From Gammaproteobacteria bacterium (GTDB lineage Bacteria > Pseudomonadota > Gammaproteobacteria > JABCZS01), in NCBI GenBank assembly GCA_044445605.1, contig JBIOEA010000006.1:1918-65917 (forward strand): a stretch of DNA of 64,000 nucleotides, written 5' to 3'. Shown one piece after another: positions 18,835-33,100 of the stretch; positions within the stretch are counted from its first letter, which is position 1; each line of letters opens with the position of its first letter. The position numbers and the translations under genes were made by a program. The notes below the pieces were generated by a model, which made no database searches, was not told the origin of the DNA, and saw only the letters and a program-made list of their open reading frames with translations.

Positions 18835-21030
18835 ATGCAGTATCAGTTTTTTGCGAATTGCCCTCGCCATGTCGAAGGCCTTTTATTAGCCGAAATCCAA
18901 TCCCTAGGCGCTACTTCAGCCAAAGAAACCGTCACTGGGGTTTACTTCGAGGGCACCCTCGAAACCGCCTATCGCGTCTGCTTATGGTCCCGTCTGGCCA
19001 ACCGCGTACTACTACCACTCGCCACTATCGACGCCCTCGATATCGGGTCCATTCATCGTGGTGTTGACAGCATCAACTGGGCGTCGCACTTTACGCCCTC
19101 GAACACATTCCGGATCGATTTCTCCGGCCAATCCACACTGATCCATCAATCACAATACGGCGCACAACTCGTCAAAGACGCCATCGTCGATCAGTTTCGC
19201 GATAAAACAGGCCGTCGCCCTACTGTCGAAACCATTCATCCCGACATCCGTATTCACGCCCATTTGTATGGCGATAAATTAAACATCAGCTTGGATTTGT
19301 CCGGCGAAAGCTTGCACAAGCGTGGCTATCGCTTGAGCACCGGCGATGCACCGATCAAAGAAAATTTGGCCGCAGCATTGCTCATCCGCGCCGGATTCCC
19401 TGCCCGCATGAACGATCTTACTTATGTCATCGATCCTATGTGCGGAACCGGGACACTGCTTATCGAAGCAGCACTCATCGCCACCGATTGCGCCCCCGGA
19501 TTATTGCGCAAACAATTTGGATTCTCCCATTGGTTGCAGCATCAACCCGCCTTATGGGAACCGCTCGTCGAAGAAGCCAAACAACGCCGCGCGCAAGGCA
19601 ATGCGAAAAAACTGCCCGATTTCCGCGGATACGATGCCAGCCCGCGCGCTGTCTCACAAGCACGTGAAAACGTCGGTAACGCCGGATTAACCAATTGTAT
19701 CGAAATCACCGTGCGTGAATTATCCCAACTCACTCCACCCACCCACCATGGCGATAAACCCGGCTTTTTAATCACCAATGCTCCTTATGGCGAACGCCTG
19801 GGCGATGAAGATTTACTCAAACCCTTATATCAACATTTCGGCGAACGTTTAAGAGAAAAATTCATTGGATGGGACGTTGCATTATTCACAGGCAACATCA
19901 ACCTCGGGAAAGCCTTAGGTATTCGTGCAAAGAAAAATTACACGTTTTTGAACGGCACAATCCCCTGCAAATTATTAATGATATCCGTCGAACCAGAATG
20001 GTTTATGCGCGAACATAAAGCATTAGAAGCACTAGAAGCATTAGATAAGAGCGAAACATCTCTCGCCCCTACCATCCAACAAGAAATTCCCGCAGAAGCC
20101 GAAATGTTCGCGAATCGTTTACGCAAAAACGCCAAAACATTAGCTTCATGGGCGAAGAAGCATGACGTCTCGTGCTATCGTCTTTACGATGCTGACATGC
20201 CAGAATACGCCGTCGCAATCGATTACTACGAAGGCTACGCGCACGTGCAAGAATACGCCGCACCGAAAACCATTGATGCGGACAAAGCAGCCCAACGCTT
20301 AAAAGCGATTTGCCAAGCGATCCCGGCCGTGCTCGATATCCCTGCTGATCACGTCATTGTTAAACAGCGTTTTCAACAAAAAGATTTCTCGCAATACCAA
20401 CGGCTAGATAACACCAATGAGTGCATCACCGTCAAAGAAGGTGCCGGTAAATTCTTGGTGAACTTACACGATTATTTAGACACAGGGTTATTTTTAGATC
20501 ACCGCCCCATAAGATTACATCTGGCGAGCATTGCCAAGGGCAAATCGTTTTTGAATTTGTATTGCTACACTGGCAGCGCGACCGTGCATGCCGCATTAGG
20601 TGGGGCACGCAATTCCGTCAGCGTTGACATGTCTGCCACCTACACCACGTGGGCGAAACGGAATTTATCGTTGAATGGATTAAGCACCTCGTTGCATCAA
20701 GTGATTCAAGCTGACTGCTTCCGCTTCCTCGATGAGAATGCGCAAAAATTTGATCTGATTTTTCTGGACCCACCCACTTTCTCCCGCTCCAAACGGATGG
20801 AAGATGATTTCGATATTCAGCGTGACCACGTCGTCCTGATTAAAAAAACCCTCCGTCATTTGGAGCGAGATGGCGTCCTGTATTTCTCAACCAACTTCAG
20901 AAAGTTTAAACTCAGCATGGATGCCTTCCCTAACCTGTTGATTCGGGATATCACCCGCCAAACCATCGATAAAGACTTTGAAAGGGACCTTAAAATCCAC
21001 CAATGCTTCGAAATCACTTTTAAGGCTTAA
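18835..21030 (+). CDS. rlmKL: Bifunctional 23S rRNA m2G2445/m7G2069 methyltransferase
   Basis: LWSRLANR, SLHKRGYR, DPMCGTGT, NAPYGERL, FANRLRKN, DYLDTGLFLDHR, DPPTFS. Confidence 0.96.
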   Translation: MQYQFFANCPRHVEGLLLAEIQSLGATSAKETVTGVYFEGTLETAYRVCLWSRLANRVLLPLATIDALDIGSIHRGVDSINWASHFTPSNTFRIDFSGQSTLIHQSQYGAQLVKDAIVDQFRDKTGRRPTVETIHPDIRIHAHLYGDKLNISLDLSGESLHKRGYRLSTGDAPIKENLAAALLIRAGFPARMNDLTYVIDPMCGTGTLLIEAALIATDCAPGLLRKQFGFSHWLQHQPALWEPLVEEAKQRRAQGNAKKLPDFRGYDASPRAVSQARENVGNAGLTNCIEITVRELSQLTPPTHHGDKPGFLITNAPYGERLGDEDLLKPLYQHFGERLREKFIGWDVALFTGNINLGKALGIRAKKNYTFLNGTIPCKLLMISVEPEWFMREHKALEALEALDKSETSLAPTIQQEIPAEAEMFANRLRKNAKTLASWAKKHDVSCYRLYDADMPEYAVAIDYYEGYAHVQEYAAPKTIDADKAAQRLKAICQAIPAVLDIPADHVIVKQRFQQKDFSQYQRLDNTNECITVKEGAGKFLVNLHDYLDTGLFLDHRPIRLHLASIAKGKSFLNLYCYTGSATVHAALGGARNSVSVDMSATYTTWAKRNLSLNGLSTSLHQVIQADCFRFLDENAQKFDLIFLDPPTFSRSKRMEDDFDIQRDHVVLIKKTLRHLERDGVLYFSTNFRKFKLSMDAFPNLLIRDITRQTIDKDFERDLKIHQCFEITFKA
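20049..20072 (-). repeat. GTAG-tagged REP-like palindrome inside the rlmKL interdomain linker
   Basis: Reverse complement GTAGGGGCGAGAGATGTTTCGCTC, 22/24 identical to the murG copy; encodes SETSLAPT. Confidence 0.82.
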
Positions 21031-21140
21031 CGATTTTTTAACCCCCTGATCTGCAATGTCTTTTATTTGTTATCTAACTTGATTTGTCGCCCGCCTACAC
21101 TATACTTATCTCAGTAGGCCCGTTATTACTATATATAAGC

Positions 21141-24100
21141 ATGGGCTTGAGGTGGTGTAGTGTGTGGTTGGGAAACAAAGAATGCATAAGTCATTCAAAG
21201 CATGAGCTCCATTTGGGCCCAATCAGCTGTGGTGTGTCTTTATGCCTGCTAACCGCTGCCTCCCCTGCGATGGCCAACCCTCAAGGCGGTCAAGTCGTCG
21301 GCGGCCAAGCCAGCATCAAATATGGCGCCACGACGGTTATCAATCAAACATCCAATCGCGCCATCATCAATTGGAATAATTTTTCAATCGGCCCCAGCGA
21401 AAGAACACAGTTCAATGATCCCAATGCCAATAGCGTCACCTTAAACCGTGTCACCGGTGGCAACCCTTCCCAAATCTTGGGCAGCCTTTCTTCGAATGGC
21501 CAAGTATTCTTAGTCAATCCCGCAGGCATTGTGTTTGGTAAAACAGCACAGGTTGATGTCGCTGGATTGTTAGCCACCACCGCTAGCATCACCAATAAAC
21601 ATTTCATGAGCGGCAATTACCAATTCACCAGCGCACCCGATGGTTCAAGAATTGTAAACGAAGGCAATATCACCGTGCGAAATGCAGGGCTTGCAGCATT
21701 AGTAGCACCAAACGTCGTCAATAGTGGCGTAATTAACGCAAAACTTGGACGCGTTGCGTTAGCTTCAGGCAGTGCATTCACTGTCGACTTGTATGGTGAC
21801 AATTTAATTTCTTTCGATGCCACCGGCACCGTCAAAGGCAGTGTCAATAACATGGGCCGCATTGCAGCCGATGGCGGTACCGTCATGCTCTCTGCCGCCG
21901 CCGCACAAGGGATCGTGGAAAATGTCGTCAACACCTCAGGCTACATTTCAGCGATCAGCGTATCAAACAAAAATGGCAACATTATGTTGGTAGGCGCTGG
22001 CAATCATTCCAGGGTTCAAGTATCTGGCACCTTAGATGTGTCGGGCAGTGCCACAGGACAAACGGGCGGCACGATTGAAGTCGCTTCGAATGATATTCAA
22101 TTGTTGAGTGGCAGCGTGTTGAATGCCAGTGGGTATGCCGGCGGCGGCAATATACTGATCGGTAGCGATCATTTCCACGGGCCATTGAATACAACGGGAT
22201 TAAGCATTCTTGATACACCTTATTTTATGACCGAAGCACAATCTGTCACGGCTGCATCAGGCAGCAGCATGGTGGCTGATGCGCTCAAAAGCGGTAATGC
22301 TGGGAACGTAGAAGTATGGGGCACCACCTCCGATATATTTTCGGGCAGCATTTCAGCACAAGCCTATGGCGAAAAAAGCAATGGCGGACAAGTTGAAACC
22401 TCCGGCGGAACCTTAGATGTTTCGGGTTCCCAAGTCACCACCCACAGTGTATTAGGCAAATCAGGTGTCTGGTTGCTAGACCCTCATAATGTCACGATTG
22501 GCACGGTAGATAGCCAAGCATTTCAAAGCCCCTATAATCCAACCGCGGATAATTCGACGATCAATGTTGCAACCATCAATTCAGCACTGCTGACCAATAG
22601 CGTTATCATTACCACGGGTCTTTCAGGCAGCCAATCAGGTGATATTACTTTTAACAATACCGCCACACCCATATCGATACTGAACACTGCCAACACCTCT
22701 TTCAGTGCCTATGCTGCTCGCAATATTGTATTCAATGCGGGCGCACAAATTATCAATGCAGGCTCAGGCAGCATTAATGTGCAAGCAGATTCTGGATTAA
22801 CAGGTACGGGCACGATTACGTTCCCAGCATCCAACACATCAGCGCTGGTTCAATCAACGGGTTCCGGCACGATTAATTTTTACTACACATCACCCACTCA
22901 AGTACCGATTTCAACCTTCCAAACCAGCAACTTTGTTAACATTTCAGGCACCAGCAAATTCAACCCTAATATGCAAATTAAACTGGCCGCTGGCGGCGCG
23001 ATTAACGACACCGTGGCAGCCAATATCAACACCTCATTGATCACAGACAAAACAGGGGTTGTTGTTTTCTACCCAGGTGCTATCACCTTTAATAACGACT
23101 CAGCGCAACCCATTGACTGGAGTACAACGGCCAACCTTGTCATCAAAGCAGACTCAAGTTTAACAGGCACGGGCGCTATCAGCTTTAATGCCGGAGCACC
23201 TACCATTGTTTCAACTGGCGGCGGTAATATCAGCATGTATTACTCTCCCACTGTTTTCGAACAATTCGATAATACATTGAGCTCACATATTGCATTGTCA
23301 GGTGGCGGCACATTCACACCCACCATGCAAGTGAACATGCACGCCGCAAGCACAGCAGACACCATCACATCAACAGATGTCACCGCATTCAATGCTGCCT
23401 TGACAGCATCCACGCCAACAAGCGTCATTGCCTATGATAGTAACAACTCTCTTTCATTTGCCAATACGAGCCCCATCAGCTGGAGTACCAACGCATCCTT
23501 TACCGCTGAAACATTAGCCGGCGCCGCTACAACGTACAACCTGATTATAGGCTCAGGCGGTACCGCACCCTTTATCACTGCATCTGGATCGTCACTGCTC
23601 AATTTGTCATCCGTGAATGATATCAATGTTAACACCAGCAATGCGATCACTGACACTGGCACAGGTGCAACAACCTGGCAGTCAAACGATAACATTAACT
23701 TCACCACGGGAAGTACAGCCTATGCTAACACTGGAACAGGCAAAGCCACACTCATTGCATCCAATGCGGTCAACCTAAACAATATTGAATTTCAATCGAT
23801 TACACAGTCAAATAATAATGTTGACGTTGTCGCTAATACGTTAAATGCGTCAAGTGGCGCGCTTATCACGCTTAACACCAATGCTGCTGACATCATCAAA
23901 ACTGCCCTGCAATCAGGCACCACCATAAACATCTCCAATACCAGTGGTGATATCGATTTCACCGCACCTATTGCGTGGACAAACCCTTCTCCTGAAGCAG
24001 GAAAGGCAACACTGACGGCAACAGCCACTTCTGGCAATATCAATATGACCACGCTTGGAGCCACCATCACGGCCACAAACCAGCTGCCATCATCGAGCAA

Positions 24101-27100
24101 TATTTCCATGGTGAACTTTACAGCGGGAACAATACTAAACCCAGCATCGATCAATATTGGCATTAACAATGCCATTAACATCAGCACCGGAGAAAGTGCC
24201 ACCGCCCAGATCGGTTTGAAAGCATCTACTGCTGTTAATTTTACCGGGGTAGGATTTGGTGCAGTCAATACGAACCCAACAACCATTATCACCTCAAAAG
24301 ATTTGAATGTCTCCGCACCCACATTCAGCATCACATTCAACCCATTCATTTCTCCCATTATTCAAACGGCACTCAATAAAACGGACCCTTTTAACAGCAA
24401 CCTAGGAACGAATGTCACGCTCACCTCCACGTCAGGGATCATCAGTTTCCCTGCAGCCACTTCTTTTCCAGCAACCATTGCATGGGGAACAGCAGCCAAT
24501 TTCACACTTAACTCATTCAGTGACATTTCCATGTTTAGCACGGCATCCGTCAATAGCTCTGGCGCTGGAAATATCATCTACAATGCAGGCAGCGGTGCTG
24601 TGGGTGACATTGATCTTGGGACATCGAGTACCACGACAGCGGCTATCATCAGTTCGGGCTCGGGTCAGGTCACACTCAATGCGCATAACAATATTAACTT
24701 AACCAATGCCGATTTTGGCAATATTAACCTTACCGGCAATACTAATGTGACACCACTCGTTGTTCAAAATGCGAAAAACATGTATGTCAGCAACTCATCG
24801 AACACAAGCAATATTACGATTAACAACGCAGATGCGCGCATCACTAATGCTGCATTACTGATTGGCGCTAATATTCAGATCACGTCACTCAACAATATCA
24901 ATTTCACGAACACGAATCCTATTGTGATGCCAGCAGGAACAGAAACCTTCACAGCAACAACGAACAACGTCGGGACGAATCCTCTGGGAGGTTACGTCAA
25001 TCTGAATGCTTCAAATTTAATTGAAAACAACGGCACGGGCGCAATGACATTGGTCGCGTACGGCATTGGAAACCTCACGCTCAGTGCAGCTGGCGCGATT
25101 GTCAATAACAGCACGGGGGCGATCAATCTGGACGCAAGCAAAGCCTCCGGCGGTTCGGTTTACCTCAGCAATAATGACTTCGGCACCATTAGCAATCCAG
25201 GTCTAGGTCAAATCACGGCGACAGCGCTCAACCTCTATGCCAGCAATAGCACCAGCCCCATTACCATCAGTAGCAGTGACGTTAATACGATTACCAATTC
25301 GCTTGTAGCAGGCACGAATGTGCTTACCTCATCCACCGGTGATACAACCTTTGCAGCAAGCGCAGGCAATATTTCGTGGGGAACAAGCTCAAATTTCACC
25401 GTGAATGCAAATGCCGGCGGAAATATTACTTTCAACCCTGGTAGTTCCATCAGCATGTTATCCGGCAGCGGCGTGCTGGCCTTAAATGCCGGTAATAATC
25501 TCAACCTCGATGCAACGAATACACTGAGCAACGCAGGCTCAAGCGCCATGAATCTGATCGCAGCAAACTCGGTCAATCTGAATAATGTTGCCTTCAATAA
25601 TATTAGCAACACTGGCACTGGGGCCATTACGATCACGACACCCAATTTATACGCAACCGATATCACCAACCCCATCACGATCAGCACGGCAGATACTTCT
25701 GCTTCCATTATTAATCATGCGCTGGGTGTTGGCACCAACGTCACGGTCAGCTCTGTTCAAGGCATTACCGTCAGTGCGCCTATTTCATGGAACACTCTGG
25801 CTAGCTTCACTGCGATTGCAGATTCTGCGGAAGCGGGCAACTCAAGCATCATCGCATTTACTGGCGGCAATACCATCACTTCCAACGGAACGGGAAATAT
25901 CAACCTTTATTACGACAGCCCTACCGAAGTCGCTACGAATTTCACGGGCAATGTCATTCTCGGCGGCACGGGCACATTAAACGCCTATATGAAAGTATTT
26001 GAAGCTGCAGCTACCAGTATCGATGACACGCAGGCGGGTCTTATTAACACCGCGATGGCTGCGGGCTCAAGTTTAACTTCTCCATCGTTGGGAACCAATG
26101 TGATTATCTACGGCGCCGGTGACCTTACATTTACTAATAATGTGTCGGGCTCAGGGACACCTATCGCATGGAGCACGCCCACCTCATTAACGGTCAATGC
26201 GGTTAACAGTGTGATTTTCGACAGCGCCTATGTGGCAACCACCCATGTCATCACAGTACCCACAGGGGGCACGCTCAATTTAAACCCTGACAATGGCCTT
26301 ACGGGAAGCACATCGAATACCGTTCAGAACACAAATGGACAACTCGTTTACAACAGTGGCACGGTTAATATTTTGTATAACCCGGTAAATTTCACCGGAA
26401 ACAACCCTTATTACTATGTTCCCATCACGACACCCAATGGGCTCGTCACCGGGAATGCTCCTCTGTCCTATCAACTTGTCTATAACAATGTTGCCAATCA
26501 TGATCTGAGCAATATACTGACATCAGGCGATTACGTGCTTGCCCAAAACATTTCATCAAACCTTCCTACGTCACCGATCGGTAACTCTACCACCCCATTC
26601 ACGGGTGTTTTCAGTGGCTATGATTTCTATGATGCGATCAACAATAGCAATGCCAGCAAAACAATTACGGGGCTGAGCATCACCAGCGCAAACCAATACG
26701 TTGGGTTATTTGGCGATGTCAGTGGTGCGACGCTCCAAAATATTACACTTGTTGATCCGCAAATTGCATCAACGTATGTCCCTACTGGCGCAGCACCTGG
26801 ATACACCGGTGCCATTGCGGGCTTACTGACCAATACCACATTATCGGGTCAGTTTAGCGTGCTCAGTAGCGCATCCACCGTACAAGGTAATTTGGGTGGC
26901 GCAGGTTCTACCAGTTATATTGGCGGGCTTTTTGGCGATACCTCTTCAACGCTAACCACCACATCCAGTTTTGCGGCCACCAATAATGCCGCCATCACCG
27001 GCACGAGCGCAACAACCATCAGCACCGGAACAACCATTGCAACAGGTTATTTAGGGGGAATTTTTGGTGCTGCCCCCGGTGCGTTACTCACCGCTAACAA

Positions 27101-30100
27101 TACGTTGATCAATGCGGGTAATATCGTTGTCAACGCGACGCTCACCACGCCTAACGTTTATGTAGGCGGCATAGGTGGCAGTATCACAGGCACTATCCCC
27201 AGCAACATGAGCAATACCGGCAATATTGCGATCAGTTTTACCACGACAAACTATGCGGGAGCGCCTATACCCGTTGACGCGGCAGCAGGTATTGCAGCAA
27301 CCATGGGAAATACTGCAAACATCACCGGTACACTATCGAACCAAGGCGCCATCTCCATGACAGGCACCAACGCCAATGCTTCAAAAGTGGGAACAGGTTA
27401 TGTGGGTGGTCTCTTTGCGAATGTGAATTCACCTGCCACAGCTTATACATTCGGTGGCACATGGACAAACACGGGCACCGTTCAAAACACCCTCACTAAC
27501 ACAACAGAATATGCAGGCGGAATCATCGCAGATTTGACGGCATCCAGTGCATTGGCAATGCCCGTCACCATGAGCAATACAGGGAACATTACTGCAACCT
27601 CCGGCACGATCGGTGGCTTAATGGGTGCAGTGGTAGGCAGTGGCACAGGCTCGACGAACCCTAATACACCGGTGATTACTTTCACGGATAATCTTTCATC
27701 CAATGCGAACGTTACAACAACGAGCACCACAGCGGGCAACGCAGGGGCCTTATTTGGACAAGTCACGAGTAGCGGATTTACAGGCAATATCACCATCCCT
27801 TCCACGGCAAATACAACCATCAGTGGCTTTAATGCTGGCGGCGTATTTGAAAGCCTTACTACCTCCCTTTTTTCACCTAGCAATGCATCAGGACTGACCA
27901 ATGTGGCCTCTATCGGTTCACTCAATGGCACTAGCTCTGCAGCAGGTATCGCCACGTTTGTCAGCGGTTCTATTATCAACGTCCTGAACTCACTCAACAA
28001 CACAGGCCTAGTGTATGGAAACGTCTATACGGGTGGCTTGTTTGGTGATGTCACCGCCTTTAATGCATCCACCCCCAGCACCATCACCAGCCCCATCCTT
28101 TCAAACACCGGCACTATCGATATTAATAATGTTGGTAACACGTTCCATAATGTTGCGTCTGCTGGGGTTATTGCTGTCTTAGATAGTTCTTCTGTCACCG
28201 CCTCAACAGAAATAATCAATACATCGCCTGTTCCCACCAGTCCTTTGACGTTGCTTGCCAGTGGCGTTGTGGGTTATATTGCGGGTGATATAGGATCAGT
28301 GACAACCTCTGTGGGTGCAAGCAGTATCACAACACCCTACATTGGCAACGCTCAGAACATCACCATCAACAACAGTGCTCAATATAATGTGACTGAAGGT
28401 GGCATTATTGCCTACATCGATGGTACAAATTCCCTCACCTTACAGAATGCAACACTGGAGAACAAAGGCTACCTTTCTGAAACATCCAGCAATTTCGGCC
28501 TCATCGGTGGGGTCGTCGGTTCTATCAATAATGTCACCACCGCAGCCTCTCTGAATAACCTCACCTTTACTGAAAATTGCAGCTCAGGCGCAGGAGGCAA
28601 TTGCGCCTCTCAATCCTACGCCATCAATACAACGATGGCAGGCGGTGGAATGATGGGCGTTGTTAACAACGCCAATTTAAGCGATTCCACTTTTAGTTTT
28701 CCTGGACTTAATGCGCTCAGTTTTGGCGGCGGTAATACAGGAGGACTCATTGGATCGTTTGGAGGATCAAACGCTCGACTACCCACGACAACGCTGCCAA
28801 CAACCATCAACGTCACCAATACTTCGCTTGCATATAATAGCGGCTATAGTACCCTCGGAGGATTAATAGGTAATGTCACCGGCGGAACCATTGGAAATAA
28901 CATTACCCTAGAATACCTTGGAACCATCAACGCTGGCTACATATCAACCATCGTCGGCGGCATCATTGGCAGTCTGTCAAACCAAGACGGGTCGCTTGTG
29001 TTTAACCCCGCAAACCTATTAGTGGATCCATCCACTTCTCAAACAATTAATGCAGGCACTGGGGGTAACAGAGGAAGCGGCGCTTACAACTATGCTGGTG
29101 GTATTTTCGGTGAAATCAATGGGTCGTATAATACGGCATTAGCACCTCTTAACGTCACATCTGCAATGAATACGAGTGCAAATGTGGCTATTCAGGGCGG
29201 AAGTAGCCTTACCTCACGCATGACCTTGATGGGAGGTCTTGTTGGTTTGATGACAGGTTATGCATCGCTTTCTGGCAGCAACACCATGTCAAATCACGCA
29301 CTGCTCGAAGGCACAACAGATATCGGCGGTATCGTGGGTGAATTGAACACATCCAATACGAACCCTCTCACCAATACAGCGCTCAGCACAACAGCCTTGA
29401 GTAACCTCGGAAGTAGTGTCATCGTCGCCGGTAGCGTCATCGGGGCCATGTATAACATGACCAATGGCTATGATAGTACGAATATCACGCACCCTCTCAA
29501 CAACATCACTGTTCCAAGTGGAGGATCGAATGTTGGGGGCTTTGCCGGTGAAGTAACCAATTCGGTCATCACCGCAAACATCACCAATCCTTCAAACGAT
29601 ACGGTGTTGGGAGGCTCAAACACCTCCATTATTGGCGGACTCTTTGGCTCTGTTGATACCAATTCGGTTATTCAAGGAAACCTCACCAATAATGCAAATG
29701 TCAGTGGAAGCAGCTATGTCGGTGGTCTCCTAGGTAGACTGGGCGGTCCAAATTTAGTCGCAACCAGCTCATCGGCTATCTTGGGCGCCACTCTCTCTGG
29801 CGCATTAACCTATGGAAGTGGCGCTCCTGCAACAGGTATCAATACCATTATTGGCGCAGCCTCAGGCACAGGATTTGGCGGCATCGTGGGTGGCATGTAC
29901 GGTGCCACAGGATCGGCAAGCGTTCTCTCAGGTGCAATCACCTTGAACATTGGTACATTTAATGCCAGCACCCCCACGTTTAGTTTTGGTGCGTTCACTC
30001 CAACAGCAGTCGGCGGCATTATCGGTTATCTGAATGGAAATGCAAACATCACCAGTACCGTCACGTTTAACTCAGGCTCAGCACCTGTCGCTACTATTTA

Positions 30101-33100
30101 TGTCCCCACTGGCAATGCCATCGGCGCATGGATTGGCGAAGCAGACAGCGGCACGATTGCAGGTACCAGCACTATATCCAGCAGCAATGTCACCACCATT
30201 GGGCTCAATCGCGTGGGCGGTATCATTGGATTTATCGCTGATAACACGGTCATCAGCCCAGGAGCAGTATTTAACAACACCAGTACGAGTACCGTCGAAC
30301 TGGTTCCCTCTGCCACCGTAGGCATTTATGGCGGCGGGGTTGTAGGACAAATCGGTGGTGTGGGAGTTGTTGGCTCAGGCAATGCGACTATCGGCGGCAC
30401 ACTCTCAAACGCCGGAACGGTATCATTTTACACCGCACCCAGTTCCGGAACCTACTATATTGCAGGTGTTACCGGTGACATTGCCAATAACACCACGATA
30501 ACAGGAACGATCTCCGGCACGCCGACAACCTTTAGCAATACCGCCAATCTAACTGCTTCGGCTAATGCAGGCAGCACCGTGTATTTGGGCGGCGTCATTA
30601 GTCTTTTTGCAGATGCTCAAGCCTCTGGCCAAGCGTCTATAACGTACATTAACATCACCAACGCAGGCAATATCACAGGAACCAATATCGTTGGTGGTGA
30701 CATTGCCCTACTCCAAGGTGGCGCACTCAATAATGGTCAGCTCTCCGGCACCGTTTCAAACGCTGGCACGATTACATCCAGCCTAACCACAGGCACCAAT
30801 TACATCGGTGGTAATATTGGAGAAGTCGGCGGCGCTGCCTTCGTTCCCAATATCATTAATGCCATCATCACCAATACAGGTAGCGTCTCCATGTCCGGAA
30901 CGCCCACGGCGGGCACTGACTATCTTGCAGGCGTCATGGGATATTTCAATGAAGGTACCATAAACACGGGTACCACCTTAACCAATCTAGAACCCTTGAA
31001 TGCCACCAGCCAGTATGTCGATTTATCTGGCGTTGTCGGCCTTTTTAGCAATGGTATATTCGCACCCGGCGCTTCCATGTACAACGGCACTACGCTCGCG
31101 AATGGGCCTGCGATGACCAATACAGCGACAACCAATGCTCCCGTATCAGGTGTCATTGGTATTGTTCAAAGTGGGACAGTATCAGGTTCTCTATACAATT
31201 ACGGCACCATCACCGGTGCAGGCACGGGTGCCGTCGGCGCTGCAGGCACCGCCGGTGTGATTGCCATCATGACAGGTGGCACATTGAACGGCCTGGCATC
31301 TGCTTCCCTGATCAATAATGGCAACATCACAGGCGGACAATATGTCGGCGGCTTGATAGGATATTATGGCGGCACAGCTGCCATGAGCGGAGATAACATT
31401 TTAACTTCCAATGCAACCCTCGTACAAGGTACATCTAATGTCGGGGGTATATTCGGTCGCGTTGATGTATCAACACCCACCTCTTTCAATCCAACGGCCG
31501 GCACACTGACCAATAATGCAGAAGTATTATCATCTTCAGGCACCAGTATTGGTGGTATTTTCGGCACATTTAATGCCACATCTACCTCGCCCTTTACGAT
31601 TGCAGCAAACATCACGAATAACGGACAAATAGGACAAAGTGGATCAACCGCTACTGGCACCGGCGGCATCAGCGGCACGATGTCAGGCTTAAATAGCACG
31701 GCACTGATCACCTTCACTGGCACCCTCACAAACACGGGCACCATTTATGGCGGCAGTAACACCGGCGGCCTCTTTGGCTCAACAACCTATATCACTATCA
31801 GCGGACCTGTTGCATTATCTGGTAGCAGTACCATCTCGGGAGGAACCATCGGTAATGATGTCGGTGCATTGATTGGTTTCATGTCTAATGGGACCACACT
31901 TTCCCCCAGTGGCATCACATTGACCGGCCAAACTGTAACAGGCGCAGCCAATATCGGTGGATTCATTGGAGAAATGCAGGGATCATCCGGCACTCTGGCT
32001 ATCTTTAGCCCCACGGGTAACATCAATATCTCCGGCGCCACGATCACGGGCACTGGCACCGATGTTGGTTCGCTTGTCGGGTTTATATCTGATTATTCAC
32101 AATTTGCACCTACAGGCACCAGCGGTGCACATCTTACCTTCTCAACGAATTCAACAGTGAATGTTTTAGGCGCAGGAAACGTCGGCGGTCTTTTCGGTAA
32201 TATCGCCACAGCCACGCCAGGATCTTCCACGTTTAATCCCGTATACACGGACTTCACCAATGCCGCCACGGTCAAAGTATCCAACAGTGGCGCAACAAAT
32301 CTCGGTGGTATATTTGGTAACTTTGCACTAACAGGCGCTTCTATTGCGAGCACCGATACTTTCACCAATACCGGGATTGTCGGTGACAGTACCCTCAGTA
32401 CAAACGCAAGCAGTGCCACAGGCGGTATTTTTGGTGCTGTTCCGGGCCTTACCGGAGCAGGTGGCATTAGCTTTGGCAGCACGTTCACCAACAGTGGCAG
32501 CATTTATGGCACAAGCAATGTGGGGGGCGTCGTAGGTAATGCGACCTTCACCACATTTTCAGGCAACCTAACAGGCAAGAGTAATATCTCAGGCAGTAAC
32601 AATGTGGGTGGCCTTGCAGGCGCATTAACGTCCAGTATCATGTCTGGTAATCTTGTGTATGGTGATTCAACCGCAACTACTTACACACTCACATTGAGCA
32701 GCAGTGGCACAGGACTGGGCGCAATGGCTGGTAATATTTCAGGCGCGATTATCAGCGGCAACAATCTTAATCTGAGTAACGTCACCGTTCATTCCAATAC
32801 TGCCTTCAGTGTTGCTAATGCATCGGATGTCGGCATTGTCGCGGGTATTTTAGGTAATGGCGCAGAACTGACGGGCACCTTTACTGCGAATGCAGATCTG
32901 ACTAATCCCAATACACTCACGATCGCTAACGCAACAAACGTAGGCGCGATTGCGGGTGAAGTATTGAATGCCACCTTCAATAGCACCGTCACCAATGCGG
33001 CAAACCTCATCGCAACAGGAAGTAATAAAGTCGGTGGTATCGCAGGCTTTTCTTCGGGAAGCACACTGAGCGGTAATTATACTGATTCAGGTAATATTAC

